Source: Kudoa neothunni
Lineage: Eukaryota; Animalia; Cnidaria
Assembly: GCA_964304625.1 (NCBI GenBank)
Contig: OZ199840.1
Span: 2,778,787-2,842,786 of the forward strand
Length of the DNA stretch: 64,000 bases
Direction of reading: 5' to 3'
Part shown: in pieces, positions 50,567-62,700 of the stretch
Layout of the letters: each line of letters opens with the position of its first letter
Position numbering within the stretch: the stretch's first letter is position 1
The notes under the pieces: generated by a model
What the model was told of the DNA's origin: nothing
The model's database searches: none
What the model saw: the letters and a program-made list of their open reading frames with translations, nothing else
Translations under genes and position numbers: made by a program

Positions 50567-53500
50567 TTATTTTTTCTTCTTGAAAACCACGAATCCAATA
50601 GCACCCATGATCAAAGCTCCAATAGCCGCTACTGCAATGATTCTAAAACAATATCAGTTAAATTATAAAAAAACAATAAATTAATACATGACCATGGTTT
50701 TAGAACTAAATACAAAATTTATTTATGTTAAAAATATTAATTAATAAACCTTGAACTGCTTTTGGCTCCTAAAAGTTACAATTTAAATTATTTTCGAAGT
50801 AATAATGCTTTACCTTGCTCAATAGTGGCAGTCCCATAAATTGTTGGATTGATAGAACTGTACACAGTCAAGTGATAATTGTTGCCATCTGCTAATCCAC
50901 TGATAGTGAATGATTTGCATGAAGGATACGTTCTACACCCATTGTCATTTCGTCTCATGCATTTTTTAATAATTGCAATCGATTTTGTACTCGCGTTACG
51001 TAATTCCCACTTACATTTGGATTTTTCATTAAGACTAGATGGTAGGGTGTTTTCTATAACAAATGATTCACCATCCCTTGTTATGGTCACATATATTATT
51101 TTGTCGTTTTCTGTGGGATTCCCCTTTGGAGCAGCTATTTATTTTAAATATAATAATAATATCGAAAATATTTTTACTAGCTACTAAAGTAATTTCATTT
51201 CTCTCTGATTTTCCCACTGCAGTAATAGACACTTTATACTCTTCATTTGCATCATAGTCGTTGAATTTAATAGAACTGCACAATGGAAATGAGGAGCATG
51301 TGTTTGAATTGACCGGGCTCGCAGTTGTATCAACTGTTGTAGCTGGGGCAACATTTGTGTCAGTTTCTGTTTGAGTAATAGATTCAGCTCTTGCAATTTT
51401 TAATTCATTAATTTCTGATTTTAGACTTCGAACTTGACTAGTACCAGTTTGTGGTTGTTCGGGATTAGGACTGGATTCGGCTGGTGAGCTTGGTGGAGTA
51501 TTCTGAGTTTCTGGCACAGCTGCCGGTGTCTGTGATGCTTCGCAGACGTAAATATTTTCAAACCTTTCATCTTTTTTTATTTGGATAGTATAATGGCAAA
51601 TGGCTTCTGGGACTTTTTTGGACAATTGTGCATTTAATTCTAATCCTTGTTCAGTGTATTTTTGAGTTATTTTCAAGGTTGCCAGATCTAGATTGAGTCA
51701 ATAAGTTAACTTTTTGAGAAATATACTCGTCGTAACATTTTCATATATGTGTTCCTTGTAATCCTTATCAGAAATGACCTTAACGTCGTAAGAAGTATTT
51801 GGTTCAAGATCAACAATAGTTATTGATTCTCTACATCTTCCTCTACAGGGGTTAGTTTCAGTACATTTAGCGGTGTAAAATGTATTTTTCCCGGCTGGAC
51901 TTATATAATACTCACAGTTTGGTTCATCTTTCTTATCAGTTTCTGCCGTACCTCCAATAGCTGTTAGTATAGTTGTTGATTCAGTTTTAGTAGGGGCGGT
52001 TGCTTGAAAATTTTTGTCATCATTTTTCTCTTTGAAAATTATTAGTTATTGAGAGTTATTTTTCAGTTATTACCTGTCCTTATAAGTATTTGTTCTTTGA
52101 AAGAAGCTGGATCTGCGATTCCATTAGGTTCAATTTCGATAATATATGGTTTTCCCGGAGATAGTCCTCTAATTTCTACTTTCGTGCAATCATTTTTACA
52201 AACTTCAGGTTCATTCTCCCCGTTATTCTTCTTGCAATTCGTTTCATTGGAAGTAGTTGGCTTAATTGTATCAGCAGCATAATGCTTTATAGTACAAATA
52301 GTGCTAGATGTTCCTGACGTCGGTTTAAACAGGACAGTATCTAATTTTACACCCTCCTTTGTGAAATCGGACAATAAACCACCTCCAGTTTCAGATATAG
52401 CTAAAAATTTCTAATAAAATAATTTTTGGTTAAAATAAATTACGAAATTTATTTTGGGAAAATCCATCAAAATCAGCAGATGTTTTTGAAAGATCGTGAT
52501 TCCTGGTTTGAATTAGAATCTTATATATTTCTTTTTCTGTAGTTACAGCAAGCTCAACATTTTTACAAGGTGTATAACATTGTCCCGCAGTATTTCCACA
52601 CTTCGATTCGTACGCGGTGCTAGCTGCTGAATTTTTACCGTCCTTAATACTGAAAACGCAAATTTCAGATGATAATGATAAATCTGTGAACTTAAGGCGA
52701 ACTTGCTTATCGGATCCTGCCTTTTTTGTTACGTAATACTGAGGTTCATAAATAGCGATATTTTTCTTCATATATGCATTTGGCATATAATAAAAGAAAC
52801 TTGGATAATTCAAGCATCTCATCTCATAATGAGGGATAAATAAGCTAAAATCTACAATATTCGCATTGGAATTTGTCACACATGAATCTCCTTTTGAACC
52901 AACCGCGAATTTGGCGTCTTTGTAGAAAATAGGACAATCAACCTGTGAGCAAGTCTTATGTACGAACTTCAGTTTTTCAGCATTCGTAGAGATTATTACT
53001 TGAGGATTGACCAATAATGCTAAATAAAACGGATAAATTTATTCGATATTAATTATTTTTCTTACGTATTGCCAAACCGAACACTTTTCCACCTTTAGGA
53101 TAATCTGCTTTAGCAGTGTCGAAATCATTATTATCATATACGTATATATATTTTGTCCTTGGAGAGAGTTTATCATATGGAACTTTGCTATTCTGACTGT
53201 CACAAGAAATTACACAGTTTGTGTTACTACTATCAGTAATATATCCCGGGCAGCTTGATATTTCTTGATACGCCGCTGCTGTTGTCGAACCACCCATGTT
53301 TGCTGCTTCGTTTGACTTCAATATACGACATTTTCCTGTAGCATAATGTGTTCCACCAAGTGTATGCTTAACTAAATTGGAGGTAGTAGAACTATCATAT
53401 TCAATTTGATAATTCAGCGTAGCTAATGGAGTAGACATTGATGGAGAAGAGGGCGCCGTTGCATTTTCCATCGTACAAAGAAATGCGATTTGAATGACTA

Positions 53501-53570
53501 ATAAAGACTCATTATCGGTAATAAAACACTATATACATAAGAGGCAATTCAAAAATTTATACTTAACCAT
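50567..53570 (-). CDS. Family copy D, 10 exons, apparently intact
   Basis: ORFs 53049..53471, 52430..53014, 52063..52374, 51068..51676, 50788..51090 plus micro-exons and a terminal IIAVAAIGALIMGAIGFVVFKKKK*. Confidence 0.9.
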
Positions 53571-54485
53571 AATGAAAGATAAAGCAAATCAACAAATAGA
53601 ATTTAATAAATGAATACTCTAATAAGCCGATACTTGTATCGGGTAAATAGCCTATCTAAAAAACGATTGATATAATAATCTAATTCTTAATATATTGTAA
53701 TTTTCTGATTAATATATATTTACTTTGTTATTAAAATACAGCTTAATTATTAATTTAAAAATTTTAATAATACCAGATACAAAATATGAACATCATATGA
53801 GTGGATTTCATTGGATTAAGATTACCATGAAATCTAAGATTTAACTAGTGAAGTATGATGAATTATTTAGAATTTATAACTATTTTTCATCTTTATTAAT
53901 CTTCTCTTAAATTACATTACAGAATTGGGCAGATATTTGTAAAATTACATTTTTTCTACATATTATTAGAAATCAAACTTTATTTTCTCTACGACATTCT
54001 TTTATTAACCCTCCGGAGCACGCGTTGGGTCTTTTAGACCCCACGTGATTCTAATATTGCTATAACATTTTTTTAACTTAAAGCTAACGACTAGTAATTA
54101 ATCCTATTCGCATATTTTTTGACGAACATTACGTTGATTTAAAAGATCGAAGTGGCTGTATCTCAGGTACTTGATAATCCGGTCGGCCTCAGGCTATATC
54201 TCTAAAACTACTCAATATTGTTTTTCCATATTCCACATATCATCTAATGTTTATCTAACATAATTTTTTGTATATTTCTGAAAAATTAAAAAAAATTATT
54301 TTTTCCTTGTGTGACCATACACAGTCCAACAGCAGCTGGGTACGATTCTTTATTTTTTTAACATAATTTCATCAATTAACATCATTATACACAAAATGTA
54401 GAAATAATAATAAATTTCTGAGTTATCTATAACTTGGGTGCGCAATTTTTCTTTCTAATTAGCGTGGCACGGAATGAGTTCAAAT

Positions 54486-55191
54486 ATGTTTGCAATTGGA
54501 AAACGGTTTCATTCTTTCGAGGAACTCGATAATGCTATAAAAAATTACGGAGTCAAACTTTTGCAATCTTTATAAATATCAAGCGAGGACTATTTCGAAT
54601 ATTCGAAATAGAATTACAAAATCAATTAACCAATCTCTGCGGTATTATGAAATTACATATCGTTGTATTTTCAGTGGCAAGAATAAAACAAAATCCGATG
54701 GAATTAGAAACAAACCGACATTAAAGGGAAACTGCCCCTTGGTTTTATCTCTTAGGACCTCTGTTGATGGTGTAGCACTTGAAGTACGTTCTAGTATATT
54801 AGAACATAATCATGATTTAAGTGCAGTGCTATATCGAAATCTCCCAAAACAACGAAAAATTGACCTAAATGACCCAAATCTCGTGGAATTAATTCACCTT
54901 AGGGCCAATAAAAAATTAATTCAAAATAAAATTTACAATGAAACGGGTTAAAACATCCGTTTGAAATCTATCCACAATATTAGAGCAAACAAAGACTCAT
55001 TCTGTGATAACCTATGTGTAATAGAGAAAATGTTGAAAGAAAATTTCAAATGTTACGTTAAGATTTTATATGATAAACATAAAGTCGTTAATGGAATTTT
55101 TTTCACTGACCACAAAATGAAATCATTTTTGGAATTTTATCCTGAGGTTATGTTCGTTGATGCAACTTATAAACTCCTTAATTCAAGGTAA
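54486..55191 (+). mobile_element. MULE (FAR1/ZSWIM3-like) transposase N-terminal relic
   Basis: FAIGKRFHSFEELD..YYEITYRC..KGNCP..EHNHDLS (FAR1/WRKY-like) and FYPEVMFVDATYKL (first MULE catalytic D); contains stops and frameshifts; cut off at the inverted-duplication boundary. Confidence 0.8.
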
Positions 55192-55544
55192 ATTTTGAAA
55201 ACGGATGAATAATTTTAAATTTTGAGCGTGTATATCAAAGCAATGTTTTAAATCGTCATTTTAATTTCAAAAATAAAGTGGCGATTTGTAGTGACTAGCA
55301 TGATGTTATATTGCTCCTTGAATAAGGCAGATAACCCACTTGCTCAATCCCTTCCAGGTAATGGAAAAAAATGTGAAAAATCGATAAGTCACGTGAATTT
55401 TGATATATATTTTGGATTCCTTACAGTCAATTCTTTGAAAAAATATCATTGAGTTGAATATATTTGTTTGTATAAACATCAGGAACATTTAAAATTAATA
55501 TTAAGCAACTTTACAAAAGTCGTGAAAAATTGGTGCTGATTGTA

Positions 55545-57904
55545 CAATATTTCAAGACCTAAATGCAACAACGTCAGATCAAAATTAAACTGGTTCGCGT
55601 TATTACAAATAACCGTGTCGGATCATAAATCATCACAGCTTTGTGTCGCTAAAAGAAAATATATTTTTTTAGACCACACAACGAAACAAATTATCATAGG
55701 TTACCGAAAGTATATGGTGTTAGTTAAACTATTGTGAAGAATATCAAGGAATATTTCACTCATGTTTAAATCGAAAAAAACGGTATGTGTCCTCAAATCA
55801 ACGATCTCATGGTTTTTTAAAAGGATTCAAGGATGACGATGAAGAATGCATTTCTAAGAAGAGCTGGGGGCAGGAGATCAAGATTGACGACCTTCCACAA
55901 ATCACATATACAAAGTTTCGTGAATGAAGAGTGCACATTTACATTAGATTCAATCGCCAAAAACTTACAAGAACATAATATCGGTGTTTCTAAACAGAAT
56001 ATTTCTCTCTTTGAGTCAGTTCTATTACACCCTCAACAAAATTTCAATTGTACCGATTGCGAGGAATTCTCAGGATTGCATATCGAAACGTAGAAATTGT
56101 TTTAATTAATTAAAATTATATATTATATTTATTAGTTAAGTTCTACAATAACTGTAATCTAAACCACTTCATTTTCCTGTAATTTACATTGATGAGTCTG
56201 GCTTCTCGCTTTATATGAGACGAACATTATTTGGAAGGTCACTTTCAGGTTCGTTCTTGAATCAGAAACTAAAAAGTGTTCGCTCCAAAAACATCGTATT
56301 GGTTTCCTCTATTTGCTCTGATAAAGTTTAGGCATTTCAACTGGCAAATAGTATCGTGAAGCAGGAATTTTTTGATATTTTAATAGAAAATTTAATGATT
56401 TGACTAATTATGTAATTCAAAGTGAGCTATTAATTACGAGCGGTGTAGGGTTCAATAAAACAGACTTTATTCGACAGAAACTAGATTCAAAGGGCCGCAA
56501 GCTTTTGTTCCTTCTTTCATATGAATCATCCCTTAACCATTTGAACCTCAATGTTGCCAAATAGAAACATTTGAATGTTGTGAGCGTTTTAACATTTAAA
56601 TTAAATTTTTTAAATCTATCTTTATTATAATAATATAGTTAATGTTGATTTGACTTGACATGACTTGATTTTATATAAACGAATTATAAAACTTTGTATG
56701 TTGTTTATTAAGAGCAATACAGATGAATATCTAACTCTACGACAAGTATAAAAAAGGCTAAAGGTATCATGCAATTGAACTTGGAAATTTGAGGTTTCAA
56801 TAAAATTAAAAAATATACATATATACTATTAAATACGTTTATTCTAAAGATTAATCTAAGAAAAAAATATGTTTTGATACGTATATTATATGGACAGATT
56901 AATCCACGTTGTCACACGGCAACATTGGGTCAGCGGTTATAGTGGGCATTGTCACACGACAACGTTCGACCCTTGATTTAAGTGTGCTTATATTCTTTGG
57001 AATGGATTCTGAATAGGTAGGAGTAGGAGGAATAAACAGAGCATACTTTTAAAAAATCACATTATTACCAGATGGGAAGAAATCATACGTTAGACTGGAA
57101 TTGGATTCCATTTTGTATAGTCATATGATGGTATTGTATCCGAATACAGTTCTAACGATGGGGAGTAGACCACTGCTTAAATTAGACGATGAATGCGAAA
57201 AATTAAATAAACAATGGCATTGCAAAAACTGATATTTTTGAATAAGTTGAAGATATTATATTTGAATGTTTCCCTTATTTCAACCGATTTTTCAATGATA
57301 GATTATTTGAACATATTTGTATTAAGTGTAACGTCCATTTTTGCCTCAATAAAAACAGAAAATGCTTTCTGGACTGTTTAAATTGTAATCAATAATTAAA
57401 TTTTTCATTTCTTATGGTAAATGAGTAATTTCTTGGTTAAAAACAAACACATGTGCACTCCTACACATTGAAATATGCACCGTCCCAATGTTGCCATTTG
57501 GCACCATGTGTGTATCTTTTTAACTTTTGAAATGACTTCTCCGATTTTTGAATATTTTATATAAAATTATTCATAATTAAATAGAATACGCAAAAAAATT
57601 TTGTTCTGTCACTGAATTAAATTCGGGATTCAAAGGGTTAATCGCATCGTGGAATTTTTCACCAAAAAATCAATCATCCACTAAAAAGAGGAATAAATGG
57701 AAGCTGTCTTGAATGATCCCAATGAAATAACATCGGTCCAATTACAATATTATTCCAATCACGCATCCGTGATTCCTCCCAATATGTCTAAATATGGAAG
57801 AAGTAGAAAACAAATACTTATATGCGTTTATTTTAATTTATCTTTTTGAATACAACATGGTTTCATTTTATTTCGACGCTGTTGCATCTTAGTTTGAAAT
57901 ACTG
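55545..57904 (+). mobile_element. Second copy of the decayed IS630/Tc1 element, with the same nested piggyBac derivative (56537-57637)
   Basis: TA-flanked TIRs CAATATTTCAAGACCTAAATGCAAC / GTTGCATCTTAGTTTGAAATACTG; IYIDESGF at ~56180; insert bounded by TTAA-CCATTTGAACC and GGATTCAAAGGG-TTAA. Confidence 0.82.
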
Positions 57905-58783
57905 TATTTCGTGTTCTTTTTTTGTGCGCGTAACCAATGTACGAATCGGTTAATTTAAATAACTTTTCATTTCCCATATTTTAGCGGGCGCATTAAAAAG
58001 ACTTTAAATTATGGTCAATTATTTATTTATTTAAAAAAATAAATTTCAAATTGTATATAATTTTAATATTAATTTAATATAAAAAATTCTTAATGCAAAA
58101 GAAAAATTTGTGATCAAAATATTTAATCTACAAAGTCAGCCTATACGTGTACCAAGACTGTTAAGATCACATTCTAATGTGTTAAGGCGACAATTTTCAT
58201 AATAACATAAGCAATAATTGATCAACTTAAATTCCTTAATTTGGAACCTCAATTATACACTATAGCATTCGAAACCTTAAAATATTCAAAACTCAACTCT
58301 CTTTTTTTTGGGGGAAAATCGCAATTCGCCAATCTTGATTAATTTTCAAGTATAGCATCCAACGACAAATGACTTTTTCATTCTTATAAATATTCTAGAA
58401 AAATAAAATATACCGTATACGTTAAATTTTAAAGTTTTTGTGTTTTTCCCTATAACATATAAATTTACAAAAATTCTATTGCCTCACATTTTTCGTCAAT
58501 ACTGAATAGTTCCTTGATAATTCCGAACCCTCGCTAACCCAGTCACCAAACATAAAATGCCACGCCATATGAAGGAAACTCGATATCGGAGAACATTAGA
58601 CTTGAAAACATTTTTAAACATTTTTCCTCCGTATGTGTTATTGCAAAAAAAGTAAAATTAACTACGAACTTTGGTGAGTCTAAAATTTATAAAATCGAGG
58701 TCAAAATTTATAATCACGTTATATCCAATTTTGAACGTAGATGCAAAATGATTTTAGGGGACTTTTTGAAAATAATTTTAGTA

Positions 58784-59018
58784 CAGTAGGTGACCACTCG
58801 TTTGTAATCTCCACGAGTATTGAAAAATGTACGAAAAATTGGTCATTAAGAAAAGCACGTAAAAATAGCAAATGTAAATTAAAATTCGTTTTATTAACTT
58901 GATACATTCCATTATAAAAAAATACGGTATATCTTTTTAAAAAAATTAATGCAGCATAAATCTACTTTTTGTTGAAAGTACAAACGAGTCGACAGTGCGA
59001 AAAACTGGTCACCCACTG
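58784..59018. mobile_element. Second copy of the ~234-bp TA-flanked MITE
   Basis: TA-CAGTAGGTGACCA ... TGGTCACCCACTG-TA. Confidence 0.82.
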
Positions 59019-59694
59019 TACTAAGTATTCCTATAATTAATAAAATTTTTTGGAATTTTTAATTCAATTTAGATTTTTAAATAGTCCAAAGTTTCGTTGG
59101 AAACTGGAATAAATGTTAAAACCACAATTATAGTTCCCAAGAAATGAGCTTGCATTGATTAGAATGCTGAAAATCTTAGATACCAATGTAAAAGCCATTA
59201 AGCTCATTTTTAATAAACATCAGATCATTCATCACATCTCGTTATCTAATTTTTATAATATTAATATTTCATATGAATTTCAGTATCGTTATTTAGTTTA
59301 TAATTTATAAAAGTAACTGAATACAACATCTAAATATTTAGGAGGTTAATCAATGTTTACAACTATTATTCGATAAATATATTCAATTTAATATAATTAA
59401 TTCGTTTAACAAAATAAATATTATGCGTATATCATATTTCATTATGTTTTAGCAATTTCTAATAATTATAAAAAAATTTTAAAAGTTTATTAACAATCAT
59501 ACATTTTTATCCGAGTCATATCATCCCTATCAAGTTTTATAATAACGTTGGAACACATCTAAGATAAAATATTTTTATTTTATTAAGTATCAATAAATTT
59601 TAATTATCGACAATTCATAAATATCACATCATTAGTTAAAAAATATAACTTTCTATAGTTAGATTTTAGGGTAATAATTCGTAAATAAGGGCGT

Positions 59695-62600
59695 TTATTT
59701 TTTCTTCTTGAAAACCACGAAACCAATAGCACCCATGATCATAGCTCCAATAGCGGCTACTGCAATTATTCTAAAACAATACCAGTTAAATTGTAAGAAC
59801 ACAATAAATTAATACATGACCATGGTTTTAGAACTAAATACAAAATTTATTTATGTTAAAAATATTAATTAATAAACCTTGAACTGCTTTTGGCTCCTAA
59901 AAGTTACAATTTAAATTATTTTCGAAGTAATAATGCTTTACCTTGCTCAATAGTGGCAGTCCCATAAATTGTTGGATTGATAGAACTGTACACAGTCAAG
60001 TGATAATTGTTGCCATCTGCTAATCCACTGATAGTGAATGATTTGCATGAAGGGTACGTTCTACACCCATTGTCATTTCGTCTCATGCATTTTTTAATAA
60101 TTGCTATCGATTTTGTACTCGCGTTACGTAATTCCCACTTACATTGGATTTTTCATTAAGACTAGATGGTAGGGTGTTTTCTATAACAAATGATTCACCA
60201 TCCCTTGTTATGGTCACATATATTATTTTGTCGTTTTCTGTGGGATTCCCCTTTGGAGCAGCTATTTATTTTAAATATAATAATAATATCGAAAATATTT
60301 TTACTAGCTACTAAAGTAATTTCATTTCGCTCTGATTTTCCCACTGCAATAATAGACACTTTATACTCTTCATTTGCATCATAGTCGTTGAATTTAATAG
60401 AACTGCACAATGGAAATGAGGAGCATGTGTTTGTATTGGCCGGGCTCGCAGTTGTATCGACTGTCGTAATTGGAGTGACATCTGTATCAGTTTCAGTTTG
60501 GGTATTAGATTCAGATCGTGCAATTTTTAATTCATTAATTTCTGATTTTAGACTTTTACTTTGAATAATGTCAGTTTGTTCTTGGTCGGGATTAGGACTG
60601 GATTCGGCTGGTGAGCTTGGTGGAGTATTTTGAGTTTCTGGCGCAGCTGCCGGTGTCTGTGATGCTTCGCAGACGTAAACATCTTCAAACCTTTCATCTT
60701 TTTTTATTTGGATTGTATAATGACAAATGGCTTCTGGGACTTTTTTGGACAATTGTGCATTTAATTCTAATCCTTGTTCAGTGTATTTTTGAGTTATTTT
60801 CAAGGTTGCCAGATCTAGATTGAGTTGAATAAGTTAATATTTTGATATATATACTCGTCGTAACATTTTCATATATGTGTTCCTTGTAATCCTTATCAGA
60901 AATGACCTTAACGTCGTAAGAAGTGTTTGGTTCAAGACCAACAATAGTTATTGATTCTCTACATCTTCCTCTACAGGGATTGGTTTCAGCACATTTAGCG
61001 GTGTAAAATGTATTCTTCCCAACTGGACTTACGTAGTATTCACAGTTTGGTTCTTCATTTTTATTTTCCTTTGCGTCGCCTCCAATAGCTGTGAGTGTAG
61101 TTGTTGATTCAGTTTTAGTAGGGGCGGTTGCTTGAAAATTTTTGTCATCATTTTTCTCTTTGAAAATTATTAGTTATTGAGAGTTATTTTTCAGTTATTA
61201 CCTGTCCTTATAAGTATTTGTTCGTTTAAAGTAGTTGGATTGCTGCCACCAGTTAATGCGATTTCAAGAATATAAGGTTTTCCTGCAGTTAATTCTTCAA
61301 TTACTAATTTTTCGCAGCTAGTTTTACAATTATTATTACTACTTCTGTAATTTGCGCCACATTGAGTGATAGATGGATCTTTTTTAATATTGTCAGCTGG
61401 GTAATGTTTTAAAGTGCAACCAGTAAACTGTGTGCCTGACCCTGGCTTAAAAACTGCTGCGTCAAAAGATACACCTTTATTGGTATAATCGGACAATAAA
61501 CCGTTTCCAGTCTCCAATATCGCTAATTATTAAATATATAATCGTATCAAATTTAATATGATACCAAATTTTTTTTGAGAAAATCCATCTAAATCACCAA
61601 TAGAAGTCTTTGAAAGGTCGTGATGTCTGGTTTGGATTAAGACGCTGTAAACATCTTTTGTTGCAGTCAGAGTAAGCTCAACATCTTTGCATGGTGCGTA
61701 ACATTTTCCATCCTGATTTCCACAGTTTGATTCGAATTGTTTGCTATTTCCTGCAGATGTACCATCTTTAATACCAAAAACACAGATCTCAGATGATAAC
61801 GTTAAATCTGTGAATTTAAGACCAACTTGATTAGGAGCTCCTGTCTTTTTAGTCACATAATACTGAGGCTCATAAATGGCCATGTTATCCTTCATATATG
61901 CATTTGGCATATTATAGAAAAAGCTTGGATAATTCCCACATCTTATTTCGTAATGAGGAACCAATAAGTCAAATTCAACGTCATTATTTGTGTTGTCCTC
62001 ATCACATGTTGTTCCTACGTTACCCCCCTTGAATTGTGCGTCTTTATAGTGAATAGGGCACACAACTGGAGGACAAGTTTTAGTCAAGAGTATTAGTTTT
62101 TTGCTCCCATCAACAGATATTTTTGCTTGTGGATTTACCAACAACGCTAAATTTAAAGATGATTTATCGAATAAAAATTATTTAAATTACGTATGGCCAA
62201 ACCAAATACTTTTCCGCCTTTGGGATATGTGCCCTCTTTGACAATGGTCTCATTAATATTATCATATACATATATGTATTTTGTTCGCGGGGTGAGTTTA
62301 TTATATGTTACTTTACTAGCTTGACTATTGCAATCTATCACGCATTTAGTGTTACTATTAGTACTATCGTACCCGGGACAGTTTTCGATTTCTTCTAAGC
62401 CAGCTGCTGACGTTGAACCGAAACTGTTTGCGGATGCGTTGGATATCAATATACGACACTTTTTTCCATCGCCATAACTTGATCCGTCAAGTATATGTTT
62501 CACTTTATTAGATTTGCTCTCATCATCGTACTCAATTTGGTATTTGAGTGTAGCTGTGGGAGTAGAAGTAGCTGTAGATTTAGGCACTGTTGCATTTTTA

Positions 62601-62700
62601 ATCATACAAAAGAATGCGATTTGCATGACTATAAAAATTCATGATTGATAATAAAAAAATAGATACATAAGAGGCAAAGCAAAAATTTATCTTTAACCAT
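59695..62700 (-). CDS. Family copy E; apparent 1-bp deletion frameshift in exon 7 (pseudogene or sequencing error)
   Basis: Same layout; start MVKDKFLLCLLFMQIAFFCMIKNA; TTACATTGGA at ~60144 versus TTACATTTGGA in C and D, and the 100-aa exon-7 ORF is missing from the track. Confidence 0.82.
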
